24,000 nt of DNA from an uncultured Clostridiaceae bacterium (GCA_946405135.1 CAMJGD010000007.1:61580-85579), one strand, 5' to 3'. Numbered from the stretch's first letter, positions 7,695 to 17,335 are shown. The notes: generated by a model from the letters alone, not told the origin. A program made the numbers and translations.

Positions 7695-8456
7695 ATGAAG
7701 ATTGATTTACATGTGCATGCAAAGGAACGCTCAAGCTGTAGTATGGCATCAGAAAAGGAACATATAGAGGCAGCAATTAAATATGGATTAGATGCAATAG
7801 TATTTACAGATCATGATAAGTTAGTACCCATAGACCATATTAGAGAATTAAATGAAATGTATAGTCCTTTTAAGATATATGGAGGAATTGAGATAAGAAT
7901 GAGGGATACTGGAGAAGATATTCTTGTTATAGGACTGCAGGATAAAATTTTAGAAGAAAAAAAATGGGTTTATACTGAACTTTATAAATTTGTTAGAGAA
8001 CATGAAGGATACATAGCTTTGGCACACCCCTACAGATATGAGAATAAAATAAAGGTTAAAATTGAAGAATATATCCCAGATGCTATAGAAATACATTCTA
8101 CAAATATAGGAAAAGATGATTCCGAAAGAATAGAGAGGCTTGCGGGAAGATTAAATACTAATCTTTTGGGTAATTCTGATGCTCATAATTGTGTAGATAT
8201 CGGTATATTTTACAATGAGCTAGAGTATGAGCCTAAAAATGAAAAAGAACTTGTAAAGCTTTTAAAAGATGGAAAGTACAAAATTGGATGTTGTGAAGAT
8301 AGAATAAAAGTGTTTAATGAAGAGAAAAAAAGAAGAGAAACTTTAATAAAAGAGCTGATAGCAGAAAGAAAAACAAGAGAAGATTATCATAAACTCACTG
8401 GAAACTGGGAAGGCGATTTCGATAGAGTTGCTATGGGAAAATCTTACCTTATTTAA
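7695..8456 (+). CDS. PHP-domain metal-dependent phosphoesterase
   Basis: 253 aa. PHP motifs are IDLHVH at the N-terminus, FTDHD, LAHPYR and NSDAH. A C-terminal charged helical extension of about 50 aa follows. AAAGGAG RBS. Confidence 0.8.
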   Translation: MKIDLHVHAKERSSCSMASEKEHIEAAIKYGLDAIVFTDHDKLVPIDHIRELNEMYSPFKIYGGIEIRMRDTGEDILVIGLQDKILEEKKWVYTELYKFVREHEGYIALAHPYRYENKIKVKIEEYIPDAIEIHSTNIGKDDSERIERLAGRLNTNLLGNSDAHNCVDIGIFYNELEYEPKNEKELVKLLKDGKYKIGCCEDRIKVFNEEKKRRETLIKELIAERKTREDYHKLTGNWEGDFDRVAMGKSYLI

Positions 8457-8542
8457 ATAAAAAGAATAGTATTATTACGAATAATTGTGGTATGATAAAA
8501 ATGAATATTTTAAATAATCAGAAAACAAGGGGGCGTGAGCGC

Positions 8543-9070
8543 ATGGAAAACAATTTTGGGGAAAAAGAAGAAGACAAGTTTCAAGGTATAAGTGGGGAAG
8601 AAATCCAATACTTTGTTGGGGACAAATTTGATTACTATATACGTAAATGGAGAGAAGCAAAAAATCCAGAAAGCAATGCAGGATGGAATTGGGCAACATT
8701 TTTTGGCGGAATATTTTGGATGGGATATAGAAAAATATACAAATATGCTTTATATGTTATAGGTTTATTTGCTGCTATAGATGTGGTAGAAATCCTTGCA
8801 AATATAAAGCTTAGACCTTGGATAAATTATGCTATTTGGGCAATTTTAGCTTTTATGGGTAATAGTATATACTTTAAACACGTGAAGAAAAGTATAATTG
8901 AAATTAAACAAAAATCCTTAAGGGATGAAGAAAATATTGGAGAACTCATAAATTGCGGTGGTACTTCTTGGGGAGGAGTAGGAATTGTTCTTTTGATGTT
9001 AATAGCTTATGCAATACTAATATTGCTTTTTGAATATGCTGTTAAAGGAGAAATAAACATCTATAGATAG
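8543..9070 (+). CDS. DUF2628-like small membrane protein
   Basis: Pattern YYIRKWRE...GWNWATFFGGIFWMGYRKIYKY followed by 2-3 TM helices. I prefer ATG 8543, 9 nt after AAGGGGG. Alternatives are ATG 8492 and 8501 as in the ORF track. Confidence 0.7.
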   Translation: MENNFGEKEEDKFQGISGEEIQYFVGDKFDYYIRKWREAKNPESNAGWNWATFFGGIFWMGYRKIYKYALYVIGLFAAIDVVEILANIKLRPWINYAIWAILAFMGNSIYFKHVKKSIIEIKQKSLRDEENIGELINCGGTSWGGVGIVLLMLIAYAILILLFEYAVKGEINIYR

Positions 9071-9077
9071 AAATGTT

Positions 9078-9105
9078 AAAAAAGTGTGGAATTCCACACT
9101 TTTTT
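9078..9105. terminator. Bidirectional intrinsic terminator between convergent genes
   Basis: Perfect 28-nt palindrome AAAAAAGTGTGGAA|TTCCACACTTTTTT, with an A-run on one side and a T-run on the other. It sits between the + gene ending at 9070 and the - gene ending at 9147. Confidence 0.8.
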
Positions 9106-9146
9106 ATATGGGATTAAATTAGTGAAGCACTGTATGTTAAGTAAAA

Positions 9147-10070
9147 TTAGCTATTTAATATTTCTTGTTTTCTATCTAAAGGGGCATTTGATAATAATTC
9201 AGCCTGAAAATTTTCAAAACCAATTCTTTCGATAGTTTGTGATAAACGCTCTCCAGCTTTTCCTTTTTCTTTATATAAAAGTATAGCCTTTTCAATCACA
9301 TCTAAAGCTTCTTCTTTATCTGTAAAAATTTTGTCTATAGTAATGCCTCGGGCAACACGCTTTCCCCATCTGCCTCCAATGTAAATTTTGTATCCTGTCT
9401 TTGCATCTTTCATAGCATTAAAAAGACATTTGGTAGTGCAGCGGCCACAATTTGTACATTCATCTTTATTAATTTTTAAAATTCCATCTACAACCTGAGC
9501 AGCACCAACAGGACAGGCTGTCATTACAGAACACTTTTTACATCCTTTGCAGCTGTTTTCATCAAAGTTAGGTATTCTCTGCCCTATAATTCCTAAGTCA
9601 TTTAAATCAGGTTTAACACAGTTATTTGGACATCCACCTACAGCAATTTTGAATTTATGAGGTAGTTTAACATCTGCATATCCATTGAAAAATCTTTCGT
9701 GTATCTCTTCTGATAAGGTAAAGGTGTCGATGAGACCGTATTGACAGGTTGTCCCCTTGCAGGAAACTACTGGACGAACTTTAGCACCAGTTCCACCTGT
9801 TACAAGGCCTTCCTTAGCTATGTAAGATCTAAAATCTTCAATTTTATCATAAGGAATACCTTGACATTCTACGGTTAATCTTGTGGTAAAAGTTACAATG
9901 CCATTTCCAAAAAGTTCAGCTGCTTCAGCAATACATTTAGCTTGAGAAGCTGTAATTTTACCATTTACAGTAATAACTCTTCCTGAAAAATTGTCAGTAC
10001 CTTTATTGTTTAGAAAACCTAAGGCTTTTACTCTTTTTTCATCTTCTGGACTAATAGTTAAAGCTGCCAT
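9147..10070 (-). CDS. Nitrite/sulfite reductase family protein with 4Fe-4S ferredoxin insert (AsrC/DsrA-like)
   Basis: 307 aa. NIR_SIR ferredoxin-like half-domain, siroheme/4Fe-4S cysteines (VSCKGTTCQYG ... GGCPNNCVKP) and two ferredoxin CxxCxxCxxxCP-type clusters (CKGCKKCSVMTACP, CTNCGRCTTKC). GGAGG RBS on the - strand. Confidence 0.8.
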   Translation of the reverse strand: MAALTISPEDEKRVKALGFLNNKGTDNFSGRVITVNGKITASQAKCIAEAAELFGNGIVTFTTRLTVECQGIPYDKIEDFRSYIAKEGLVTGGTGAKVRPVVSCKGTTCQYGLIDTFTLSEEIHERFFNGYADVKLPHKFKIAVGGCPNNCVKPDLNDLGIIGQRIPNFDENSCKGCKKCSVMTACPVGAAQVVDGILKINKDECTNCGRCTTKCLFNAMKDAKTGYKIYIGGRWGKRVARGITIDKIFTDKEEALDVIEKAILLYKEKGKAGERLSQTIERIGFENFQAELLSNAPLDRKQEILNS

Positions 10071-10164
10071 AATTTAAAATTCCTCCATTGAATTCGTACC
10101 TTTTGTAAGGTTTTTATATTACTTTTATAACATTAATATATCACTTGTTAATTTAATAGGAAAG

Positions 10165-10200
10165 TGATATTATCTTATCAATATCATAGGTAAAACCTAT
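10165..10200. promoter_or_regulatory. Two adjacent dyads in the divergent intergenic region, one fitting the LysR T-N11-A box
   Basis: TGATAT-N10-ATATCA (10165-10186) abuts ATAGG-TAAAA-CCTAT (10186-200), which contains T-N11-A. They lie between the reductase (-) and the LysR gene (+). Confidence 0.5.
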
Positions 10201-10249
10201 CAATAGTTTAAAATTAATTTTAAATTTGTAGGAAGAAGCAGGTGACAGT

Positions 10250-11173
10250 ATGACTATAAGGCATTTAAAAATATTTATTGCGGTAGCAGATAGTGGAAAG
10301 ATGAGTATAGCAGCATCTAAATTTTACATTTCTCAGCCCACAGTAAGTCAAGCCATTAGAGAATTAGAAGAACATTATGGAGTCCTTCTCTTTGAACGCC
10401 TTAGTAAAAAATTATATATAACAGAGGAAGGCAGAAAATTGCTGTCTTATGCAAGACAAGTGGTAAGTGAATTTGATGACTTGGAAGAAAAGATGTTTGA
10501 AGAAACTCGCAGGGAAAAAATTAGAATTGGTGCCACAGTTACAGTAGGCAATTGCCTTCTTACTAATGTGATAAATAGCTTTAAAAAAAGTAATACTGAA
10601 GTTGAAACCTATGCTTATGTAAATAATACAAAGATTATAGAAGAAAAGTTATTGAAATCAGAATTAGATATGGGTATTGTAGAAGGTAAGATTAAAAGCC
10701 CAGACTTAATCAGTATTCCTGCAGTAGATGATTATCTAGTTCTTGTTTGCAGTACTAAACATCCTTTTGCTAAGAAGAAAAAAGTTAAATTATCAGAACT
10801 TGCTGATGTAAGTTTTGCTATGCGTGAAAAAGGCAGTGGTACAAGAGAATTATTTGAAAATTATATGTCAGAGCAAGGAGTACCTATAAAAATCTTATGG
10901 GAAGGTAATTGTCCTGGAGCTATTAAACGTGCAGTGATAGAAAATCAATATTTAGCTGTTATATCTATAAGGCTTATAGAAGAGGAAATTAAAAATGGAG
11001 AGATTCATGTGATTCAAAATTCAGAATGTGCTTGGGATAGATATTTTAGTATTGTACATCATAAAAATAAACATATAACTGAATCAATAAAAAATTTAAT
11101 GGAAGTTGTGAAAAATCATAAGCAGACAGATATTCTTCAAGGAATTGAAACTGGAATGCTTATAAAAGATTAA
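10250..11173 (+). CDS. LysR family transcriptional regulator
   Basis: 307 aa. N-terminal LysR HTH (MTIRHLKIFIAVADSGKMSIAASKFYISQPTVSQAIRELEEHYGVLLFER) plus a LysR substrate-binding domain. It is divergent from the reductase gene. Confidence 0.9.
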   Translation: MTIRHLKIFIAVADSGKMSIAASKFYISQPTVSQAIRELEEHYGVLLFERLSKKLYITEEGRKLLSYARQVVSEFDDLEEKMFEETRREKIRIGATVTVGNCLLTNVINSFKKSNTEVETYAYVNNTKIIEEKLLKSELDMGIVEGKIKSPDLISIPAVDDYLVLVCSTKHPFAKKKKVKLSELADVSFAMREKGSGTRELFENYMSEQGVPIKILWEGNCPGAIKRAVIENQYLAVISIRLIEEEIKNGEIHVIQNSECAWDRYFSIVHHKNKHITESIKNLMEVVKNHKQTDILQGIETGMLIKD

Positions 11174-11195
11174 TTAATTTATTATGGAGGAGTTT

Positions 11196-11588
11196 ATGTT
11201 TTTTATAGGAATATTTGGTATAGAAAGCAAACAAAAAGAAATAAAAATTTTAAATAGTATACCTTGTAAAAATTGCCAGGAGGTACAAGGCGGGAAGCTT
11301 ATAAAGAGTTTCAGCTTTTTTCATTTCTTTTTTATACCTCTTTTTAGATGGAATGAAAAATACTATATAATATGCAACGGCTGTAATTCAGTGTATGAAA
11401 TTCCTCAGGATAAGGGTAAAAAAATTGAAAAAGGTGAAGATATAGAAATTACTTACTGGGATTTAAAAGCTGCTGAAAGTCAATATGATAGTGGCTATTA
11501 TTCCTCAGAAAATAGATGTAAACATTGTGGAAAAGTTATAGATTCCAGCTTTGAATATTGTCCTTATTGTGGAGAGAAGATTAAGTAG
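11196..11588 (+). CDS. Double zinc-ribbon protein with central hydrophobic segment
   Basis: Four CxxC pairs (CKNC, CNGC, CKHC, CPYC) and the hydrophobic stretch FSFFHFFFIPLF. I prefer ATG 11196, 5 nt after GGAGG, over 11184. It starts 22 nt after the LysR stop. Confidence 0.65.
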   Translation: MFFIGIFGIESKQKEIKILNSIPCKNCQEVQGGKLIKSFSFFHFFFIPLFRWNEKYYIICNGCNSVYEIPQDKGKKIEKGEDIEITYWDLKAAESQYDSGYYSSENRCKHCGKVIDSSFEYCPYCGEKIK

Positions 11589-11654
11589 AATATAGTGTGA
11601 TTTATATATTAATTAAAAAGGTTAGATTATATGAGAGTAAATAACATTAAGAAT

Positions 11655-11686
11655 AGAAGAATCGTTTTTGAAGCGATTCTTTTTTA
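11655..11686 (+). terminator. Intrinsic terminator
   Basis: Stem AAGAATCG / CGATTCTT with a 9-nt loop, followed by a T-run. Confidence 0.7.
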
Positions 11687-11792
11687 TATAATATCTATTA
11701 AAGTAGTATACTAATTATTTTATAAAATAATTTTAATATACTAGTGTATAATTGATGTTATTAAAATATAAATTAGGAAAGGGGAAAATGGA

Positions 11793-13154
11793 ATGACAAA
11801 TTTTAAACTAGAGTCTGAAAAATATGGAAAGGAATTTTTGAAACTTTTAGAGCAGTGGGTAAGCATTCCATCGGTATATGATGAAAGTACTATAAGCGAA
11901 AAAGCACCTTTTGGTAGTGAAATAGCAAAAGCATTAAACTGGTTTACTGATTTAGGTAAAAAAGATGGCTTTATCACTAAAAATATTGATGGATATGCAG
12001 CGCATATAGAGTATGGTGAGGGAGATGAATATATCTATGTTTTTGGTCATTGTGATGTGGTGCCACCAGGAGAATACTGGACAAGCAATCCCTTTAAGCT
12101 TTTAAAAAAAGATGATGTGCTTATAGGTAGAGGAGTAGTAGATGATAAGGGACCTGTTCTTGCAAGTTATTTAGCTTTAAAATTAATAAATGATAATAAT
12201 ATAAAGTTAAAAAGAAAAGTTAGGATAGTGGCGGGAGGGAATGAAGAGAGCGGATTTAAATGTATTAAGCACTATTTTTCAAAAGAGCCTAAACCACTTT
12301 ATGGATTTACTCCAGATGCTAAGTTTTCAGTTATAAATGGTGAAAAAGGAGCAGCTATTATTAATATTAGTAAAAAAATTGATAACGATATTGTAATTAT
12401 AGGCGGCGAAGTTCATAATACAATTCCAAATTTTGTTACAATTAAAGGATATGATATAAATATTAAAGATGATTATATAAAAAATTTTTTAAGTAAGGAA
12501 AAGCTTATATTAGAATATGTTGAAAGTGAAAAATCTTATAAATTAGTAGGCATAGGTGGACATTCTTCTAAACCTGAAAAATCTAATAATCCTATAGAAA
12601 AAGTGCTAAAGCTATTAAGTGGTATAATTAACGAACCTTGGATTAATGAACTTAATTGTATGTTTAATGGAGATAACAGAAATGGTGAACTATTTGGAAT
12701 TAATATAAAAGGTAAGTGTGGCAATCTTATATTAGTTCCTACCATAATAGCAGTTGAAAATAGAGAAATGAAACTTACATTAAGTGTTAGGTATCCTGAA
12801 AATATCAATGTAAAAGAAATAGAAAACAAAATTAAGAGTTTTCATCATATGCGAGGCTATGATGTGGAAATAAAAAATATTAAAAGGCCTAATTATATAC
12901 CAGAAGAGTCCATTTTGGTAAAAACACTTTATGATATATATGTAAAACATACTGGAGATATAAGCAACAAAGTAAGAATAACTAGTGCGGGGACTTATGC
13001 TGCCATGATGAATAATTCAGTGATATTTGGAGGAGAATTTCCAGATGGTTCTTCAGGAAACACGCACATGGCTGATGAGTATGGAAGTTATGATAAATTT
13101 ATTAAATGTATAGGAATTTATGCAGAAGCTCTGTATGCACTTTCTTATCTTTAA
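11793..13154 (+). CDS. pepV: M20-family dipeptidase PepV (Sapep/Xaa-His dipeptidase type)
   Basis: 453 aa. Motifs are GHCDVVPPG, GRGVVDDKGP, GGNEESG and a C-terminal NTHMADE. AGGAAAGGGG RBS. Confidence 0.85.
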   Translation: MTNFKLESEKYGKEFLKLLEQWVSIPSVYDESTISEKAPFGSEIAKALNWFTDLGKKDGFITKNIDGYAAHIEYGEGDEYIYVFGHCDVVPPGEYWTSNPFKLLKKDDVLIGRGVVDDKGPVLASYLALKLINDNNIKLKRKVRIVAGGNEESGFKCIKHYFSKEPKPLYGFTPDAKFSVINGEKGAAIINISKKIDNDIVIIGGEVHNTIPNFVTIKGYDINIKDDYIKNFLSKEKLILEYVESEKSYKLVGIGGHSSKPEKSNNPIEKVLKLLSGIINEPWINELNCMFNGDNRNGELFGINIKGKCGNLILVPTIIAVENREMKLTLSVRYPENINVKEIENKIKSFHHMRGYDVEIKNIKRPNYIPEESILVKTLYDIYVKHTGDISNKVRITSAGTYAAMMNNSVIFGGEFPDGSSGNTHMADEYGSYDKFIKCIGIYAEALYALSYL

Positions 13155-13227
13155 TAAATAGTGGCACTTAAGGGGACATTTATTATATACACATGGTTTA
13201 AGAAAATGTTTACAATACATATATAGG

Positions 13228-15141
13228 ATGGTGTATGGAATGATAAGTAAGAAACATTCTATAATAATAAGATGTCTTGTTGATAAGACAGGATACATTA
13301 CAGCAGAAGAATTAAGCAGGCATGTTGGTGTATCAGTTAGAACAATAAAAAGATATATATCAGATATAAACTATTTTCTCAAGAATTTTGGCTCAGAAAT
13401 TGTTTCAGTAAAGGGTATTGGATATAAGTTAGAAGGTCCTAGTAAGGAAATTATGAAAGTTGATGAAGAGGCTCGTAAAATTATAGAAGGCTTTAGGGTT
13501 GATGATTCATTAGAAGGTAGGATTACAAAAGTAATTTGTATTTTATTAAACAATGAATATGTAAGTACAGATGAAATTAGTGAAAAGCTAAATATTAGTT
13601 TATCAAGCACAAATAATCTTATTGCTAGTGTAAAAGATGTATTAAATAATTATGAACTAAAAATAGTGTCAAAACCTTTCCATGGAAGTAAAGTAGTGGG
13701 TGAGGAAAATAAAATAAGATCTCTTATATTGGATTATGCAATAAAAATTGATGAAAATCATTATATTCTTGTAAGGCTAAATAATATATCTAGAAAAGAA
13801 ATTAATCTTATGGAAGATATTATTACTAATTCTTTAAAGGACAACAATATAATAATATCTGATAAAGATTTTAATTCATTACTTATTAGAATTATAGTCT
13901 CAATATCTAGAGTAAGAGCTGGAAATATAATAGATAAAAACGCCTTTCAAGATAGTTATAGGTTTCATAACTATGAGTTAGTAAAAGATATGATGAAAAA
14001 TATAAGTGGCTTATTGAACATTAAACTTGTAGAAAATGAAGTTTTATATGTTTCATCTAGTTGTGGTTTGATTATGTATAATTATAATACTAGAAAAGAG
14101 CTTATTAAAAATTCTAAGGATGAGATAAATAGTTTTGTATATGGAGCTTTAAAAGATATAAATTTAATTACTGGTATTGATTTTATAGAAGATACAGATT
14201 TTACAAATGCATTAATTATGCACTTGAAAATTTTTATTAATAGGTATAAAGCTGGTGTGGTTGCAGATAATCCGCTTTTAAATCAAATAAAAAGCAAGTT
14301 TCCTGTAGAAACAAATCTTGCTACTATAATAGCAAAAAAACTTAAGGAAGAATTTCAAGCAACTCTAGATGAAGATGAAATTGGATTTATAGCCATGCAT
14401 TTTGGAGCTGCTTTTGAAAGAAGAAAAGGGAAAAGAGGTAAGAAGGTATGTATAATTTGTCATTATGGAATAGGTACTTCTCAATTATTATCAGAAAAAC
14501 TAAAGCAGAGGATTAGCGACATAAGTATAGTTGGAATTTACCCAGTAAGATATTTAGATATTGCCTTAAAACAGGATATTGATTTTATAGTGTCTACAGT
14601 AAAGCTAGATATAAAAACTCTTAAGGTACCAGTTTTATATATTGAAAATGTGTTTTCAGATGAAATAATTAATAAGTTATATCAAGCTTTTAATGAGAAA
14701 GACCAAAGAAGAAAAATTCTAAAAGATACTTTTAATAGTAAGGCATTTTTTTATATTAAAGCAAAAACCGCAGAAGAAGCTATAAAAGAAGTTGGACAAG
14801 CAATGAAATCTAAAGGATTTATTAATGATAAAGTTATAGACATGGTATTGGAGAGAGAAAAGATGTCTTCTACTGATATTGGCAACTTAGTAGCTATACC
14901 TCACACTATTTTAGAAGGAGCTTATAAATCTATAATTGGTGTAGGTGTACTAGAAAAACCAATTAAATGGAACAAGGAAGAAGTTCAATTAGTATTCATG
15001 GTGTGTTTCAATAGAAATGAAAGCTATAACTTTCCTGTATTTAAATATTTATATAATTTTATTGAAGATGAAAATGATGTCCGAAGTGCTTTAAAAGATT
15101 TTAGCTTTAATAAGCTAATGAAAATAATGGATGTAAAATAG
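13228..15141 (+). CDS. PRD-domain PTS regulator (HTH - PRD - PRD - EIIB-like - EIIA-like; MtlR/LicR class)
   Basis: 637 aa. N-terminal HTH (ITAEELSRHVGVSVRTIKRYISDIN), PRD regions, an EIIB-like Cys loop (VCIICHYGIGTSQLL) and a C-terminal EIIA(Mtl/Fru)-like region with VAIPHT. An alternative start exists at ATG 13240. Confidence 0.85.
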   Translation: MVYGMISKKHSIIIRCLVDKTGYITAEELSRHVGVSVRTIKRYISDINYFLKNFGSEIVSVKGIGYKLEGPSKEIMKVDEEARKIIEGFRVDDSLEGRITKVICILLNNEYVSTDEISEKLNISLSSTNNLIASVKDVLNNYELKIVSKPFHGSKVVGEENKIRSLILDYAIKIDENHYILVRLNNISRKEINLMEDIITNSLKDNNIIISDKDFNSLLIRIIVSISRVRAGNIIDKNAFQDSYRFHNYELVKDMMKNISGLLNIKLVENEVLYVSSSCGLIMYNYNTRKELIKNSKDEINSFVYGALKDINLITGIDFIEDTDFTNALIMHLKIFINRYKAGVVADNPLLNQIKSKFPVETNLATIIAKKLKEEFQATLDEDEIGFIAMHFGAAFERRKGKRGKKVCIICHYGIGTSQLLSEKLKQRISDISIVGIYPVRYLDIALKQDIDFIVSTVKLDIKTLKVPVLYIENVFSDEIINKLYQAFNEKDQRRKILKDTFNSKAFFYIKAKTAEEAIKEVGQAMKSKGFINDKVIDMVLEREKMSSTDIGNLVAIPHTILEGAYKSIIGVGVLEKPIKWNKEEVQLVFMVCFNRNESYNFPVFKYLYNFIEDENDVRSALKDFSFNKLMKIMDVK

Positions 15142-15153
15142 AGGGAGAAAATT

Positions 15154-15609
15154 ATGAGTGATGTATTTGCAAGAGAATATATAAAAATAAATGTAGAATT
15201 AAAGGATAAAAATGAATATCTTAAATATATTGCTAGGTTATCTGTGGACTTAGGTATTGGAAAAGAAGAACAAGGTGTTTACCAGGGGCTTTTAGATAGA
15301 GAAAAAGAATTTGAGACTAATCTTGGAGATGGAATAGCTATACCACATACAAAATCTAATTTTATTTTAAAACCAGCAGTGATTGTTATCAAACCTAAAA
15401 CTGAAGTTTTTTGGGGAGGGGATAGTGATGAAGGCATAAAAATAATTTTAAGTCTTTTAAGTCCAAATGAACAAGGAGGTAATACTCATTTAAAACTCTT
15501 GGCAAGTTTATCAAGAAAACTTATAGATGAAAAATTTAAAAAGAAATTAGTGAGTACATTAAATAAAGAAGAGATTTTTATAATGCTTGAAAATGCTTTA
15601 AATAGCTAA
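15154..15609 (+). CDS. PTS EIIA component, fructose/mannitol (EIIA-2) family
   Basis: 151 aa. Phosphorylatable His motif GDGIAIPHTKS. GAGGGAG RBS. Confidence 0.85.
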   Translation: MSDVFAREYIKINVELKDKNEYLKYIARLSVDLGIGKEEQGVYQGLLDREKEFETNLGDGIAIPHTKSNFILKPAVIVIKPKTEVFWGGDSDEGIKIILSLLSPNEQGGNTHLKLLASLSRKLIDEKFKKKLVSTLNKEEIFIMLENALNS

Positions 15610-15641
15610 TTAATAAATAAATTATAAAAGGAGGATCATGT

Positions 15642-15959
15642 ATGGGTAAAAAGTTAGTTGCAATTTGTGCATGTCCAATGGGGTTGGCTCACACATTTAT
15701 GGCTGCAGAAGCAATAAAAAAAGCTGCTTTAGAAATGGGATATGAGGTAAAAGTTGAGACTCAGGGAGCAGATGGAATTCAAAATGAATTAACTGCATCA
15801 GACATTGAAAAAGCAGATATAATACTTCATGCTATAGCTGTTACGCCTTCAGGAATAGAAAGATTTGAAGGCTTTGAGATTTATGAAGTTGGTTTGCAGG
15901 AAGTAATAAAGAACCCAAAAGGAGTGATAAAAGAAATAGAAGAAGATTTAGCACAATAG
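15642..15959 (+). CDS. PTS EIIB component, fructose-like family
   Basis: 105 aa. N-terminal active-site Cys loop VAICACPMGLAHTFMAAEA. AAAGGAGG RBS. Confidence 0.85.
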   Translation: MGKKLVAICACPMGLAHTFMAAEAIKKAALEMGYEVKVETQGADGIQNELTASDIEKADIILHAIAVTPSGIERFEGFEIYEVGLQEVIKNPKGVIKEIEEDLAQ

Positions 15960-15964
15960 AAAAA

Positions 15965-15997
15965 GCTCCTTAATCTATACTGCAATATAGAAGGAGC
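15965..15997 (+). other. Interrupted hairpin in the unusually long EIIB-EIIC spacer
   Basis: GCTCCTT...CTATA-N6-TATAG.AAGGAGC. No T-run follows on the + strand, so it is not a canonical terminator. Confidence 0.35.
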
Positions 15998-16082
15998 AAA
16001 GAAAAATAACCTATATATAATAATATAACATTTTTATTAAATAATCTAGCAAAAAATAATAATTTTGTGATGGAGGGTAAAA

Positions 16083-17324
16083 ATGGCAGTTAAGAAAAAA
16101 GTAGTTGGTTCAGCTACATCTAAAAATAATGGGAATAATACTATAGAAAATAAAACCGTATCTACTAATACATCGGCATGGACAGAATTTAGTAAACATG
16201 TAATGACTGGAATATCTTACATGATCCCAGTGCTTATAATGGGAGGACTAATTGGAGCTATTTCTCAACTTATACCATATGTGTTTCTAAAAATAGATCC
16301 TTCTGTATCTATAATAGATGCTATGAATACAGGAAATTATATAGGAACTAGTTTTACTATGCTTAAATTAGCAAGTTTGATGGAAAACTTTGGATTCACA
16401 TTATTTAGTTTTGCTATACCTTTATTTGCAGCGTTCACTGCTAATTCTATAGGCGGGAAAAATGCACTTGCAGCAGGTTTTATAGGAGGTTATGTTGCCA
16501 TTAAGCCTATAGCAAGGGTAGTAATGGAAGAAGGTAAATGGATAACTAAGTCACCAGTTCCTTCCGGATTTTTAGGAGCAATATTAATAGCTTTTATTAT
16601 AGGATATTTTGTAAAATGGTTAAATAAGAAAATTAATTTACCACATAATTGGCTTGCATTTAAGACTACATTTTTAATTCCACTTATTTCTGCTTTATTT
16701 TGTATGATTTTAATGGTTTTTGTAATTACACCTTTCGGAGGATGGTTAAATGGACTTATTAAAAGTTTACTTCAAGCAGCAGGAAATACAGGACAATATG
16801 TTTATGCATTAGTATTATCAGCTACTACAGCTTTTGATTTAGGAGGACCAGTTAATAAAGCAGCAGGTTTTGTAGCACTTGGGTTTACTACTGAAAAAGT
16901 GCTACCAATAACAGCAAGATGTTTATCTATAGTTATACCTTCCTTTGGATTAGGATTAAGTACTTTGATAGATAAAAAGTTGGTTGGGAGAAGAGTTTAT
17001 GATAAGCAATTTTATCAAGCAGGAAAGACTGCAATATTTTTAGCCTTTATGGGAATTTCAGAAGGATCCATTCCTTTTGCTCTTGAAAGACCTTCTTTCT
17101 GTATTCCATTATATGTTTCAGGCTCAATTGTCGGTTCTATGACAGCTATTGCATTAGGTGCAGTTCAGTGGTTCCCAGAGTCAGCTATATGGGCATGGCC
17201 TTTGGTAAAAAATATTATTCCTTATATAATTGGGCTAATAGTAGGAGCAATATTTATTGCAGTTATTAATGTTCTTCATAGAAATAAACTTATAAAAGAT
17301 GGCAAATTAGTAGTAAATGAATAA
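16083..17324 (+). CDS. PTS EIIC permease, fructose-like family
   Basis: 413 aa and polytopic. It has the EIIC-Fru-like HVMTGISYMIPVLIMGG entry motif and about 9-10 TM segments. A hydrophilic N-terminal extension of about 35 aa is present. Strong GGAGGG RBS. Confidence 0.85.
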   Translation: MAVKKKVVGSATSKNNGNNTIENKTVSTNTSAWTEFSKHVMTGISYMIPVLIMGGLIGAISQLIPYVFLKIDPSVSIIDAMNTGNYIGTSFTMLKLASLMENFGFTLFSFAIPLFAAFTANSIGGKNALAAGFIGGYVAIKPIARVVMEEGKWITKSPVPSGFLGAILIAFIIGYFVKWLNKKINLPHNWLAFKTTFLIPLISALFCMILMVFVITPFGGWLNGLIKSLLQAAGNTGQYVYALVLSATTAFDLGGPVNKAAGFVALGFTTEKVLPITARCLSIVIPSFGLGLSTLIDKKLVGRRVYDKQFYQAGKTAIFLAFMGISEGSIPFALERPSFCIPLYVSGSIVGSMTAIALGAVQWFPESAIWAWPLVKNIIPYIIGLIVGAIFIAVINVLHRNKLIKDGKLVVNE

Positions 17325-17335
17325 TTCTAAACTAA

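Noticed and set aside
11788-11796. A mini-ORF ATG-GAA-TGA overlapping the pepV start (ATGGAATGACA).
   Set aside because: It has two sense codons only. This is most likely a chance out-of-frame ATG within the RBS-start spacing, with no evidence for a regulatory leader peptide.
13162-13177. A sigma-54-like TGGCAC element upstream of the PRD regulator gene (TGGCACTTAAGGGGAC).
   Set aside because: The -24 half matches, but the -12 element (TTGC, with GC at the required spacing) is absent. The regulator here also has no AAA+ sigma-54 activation domain.
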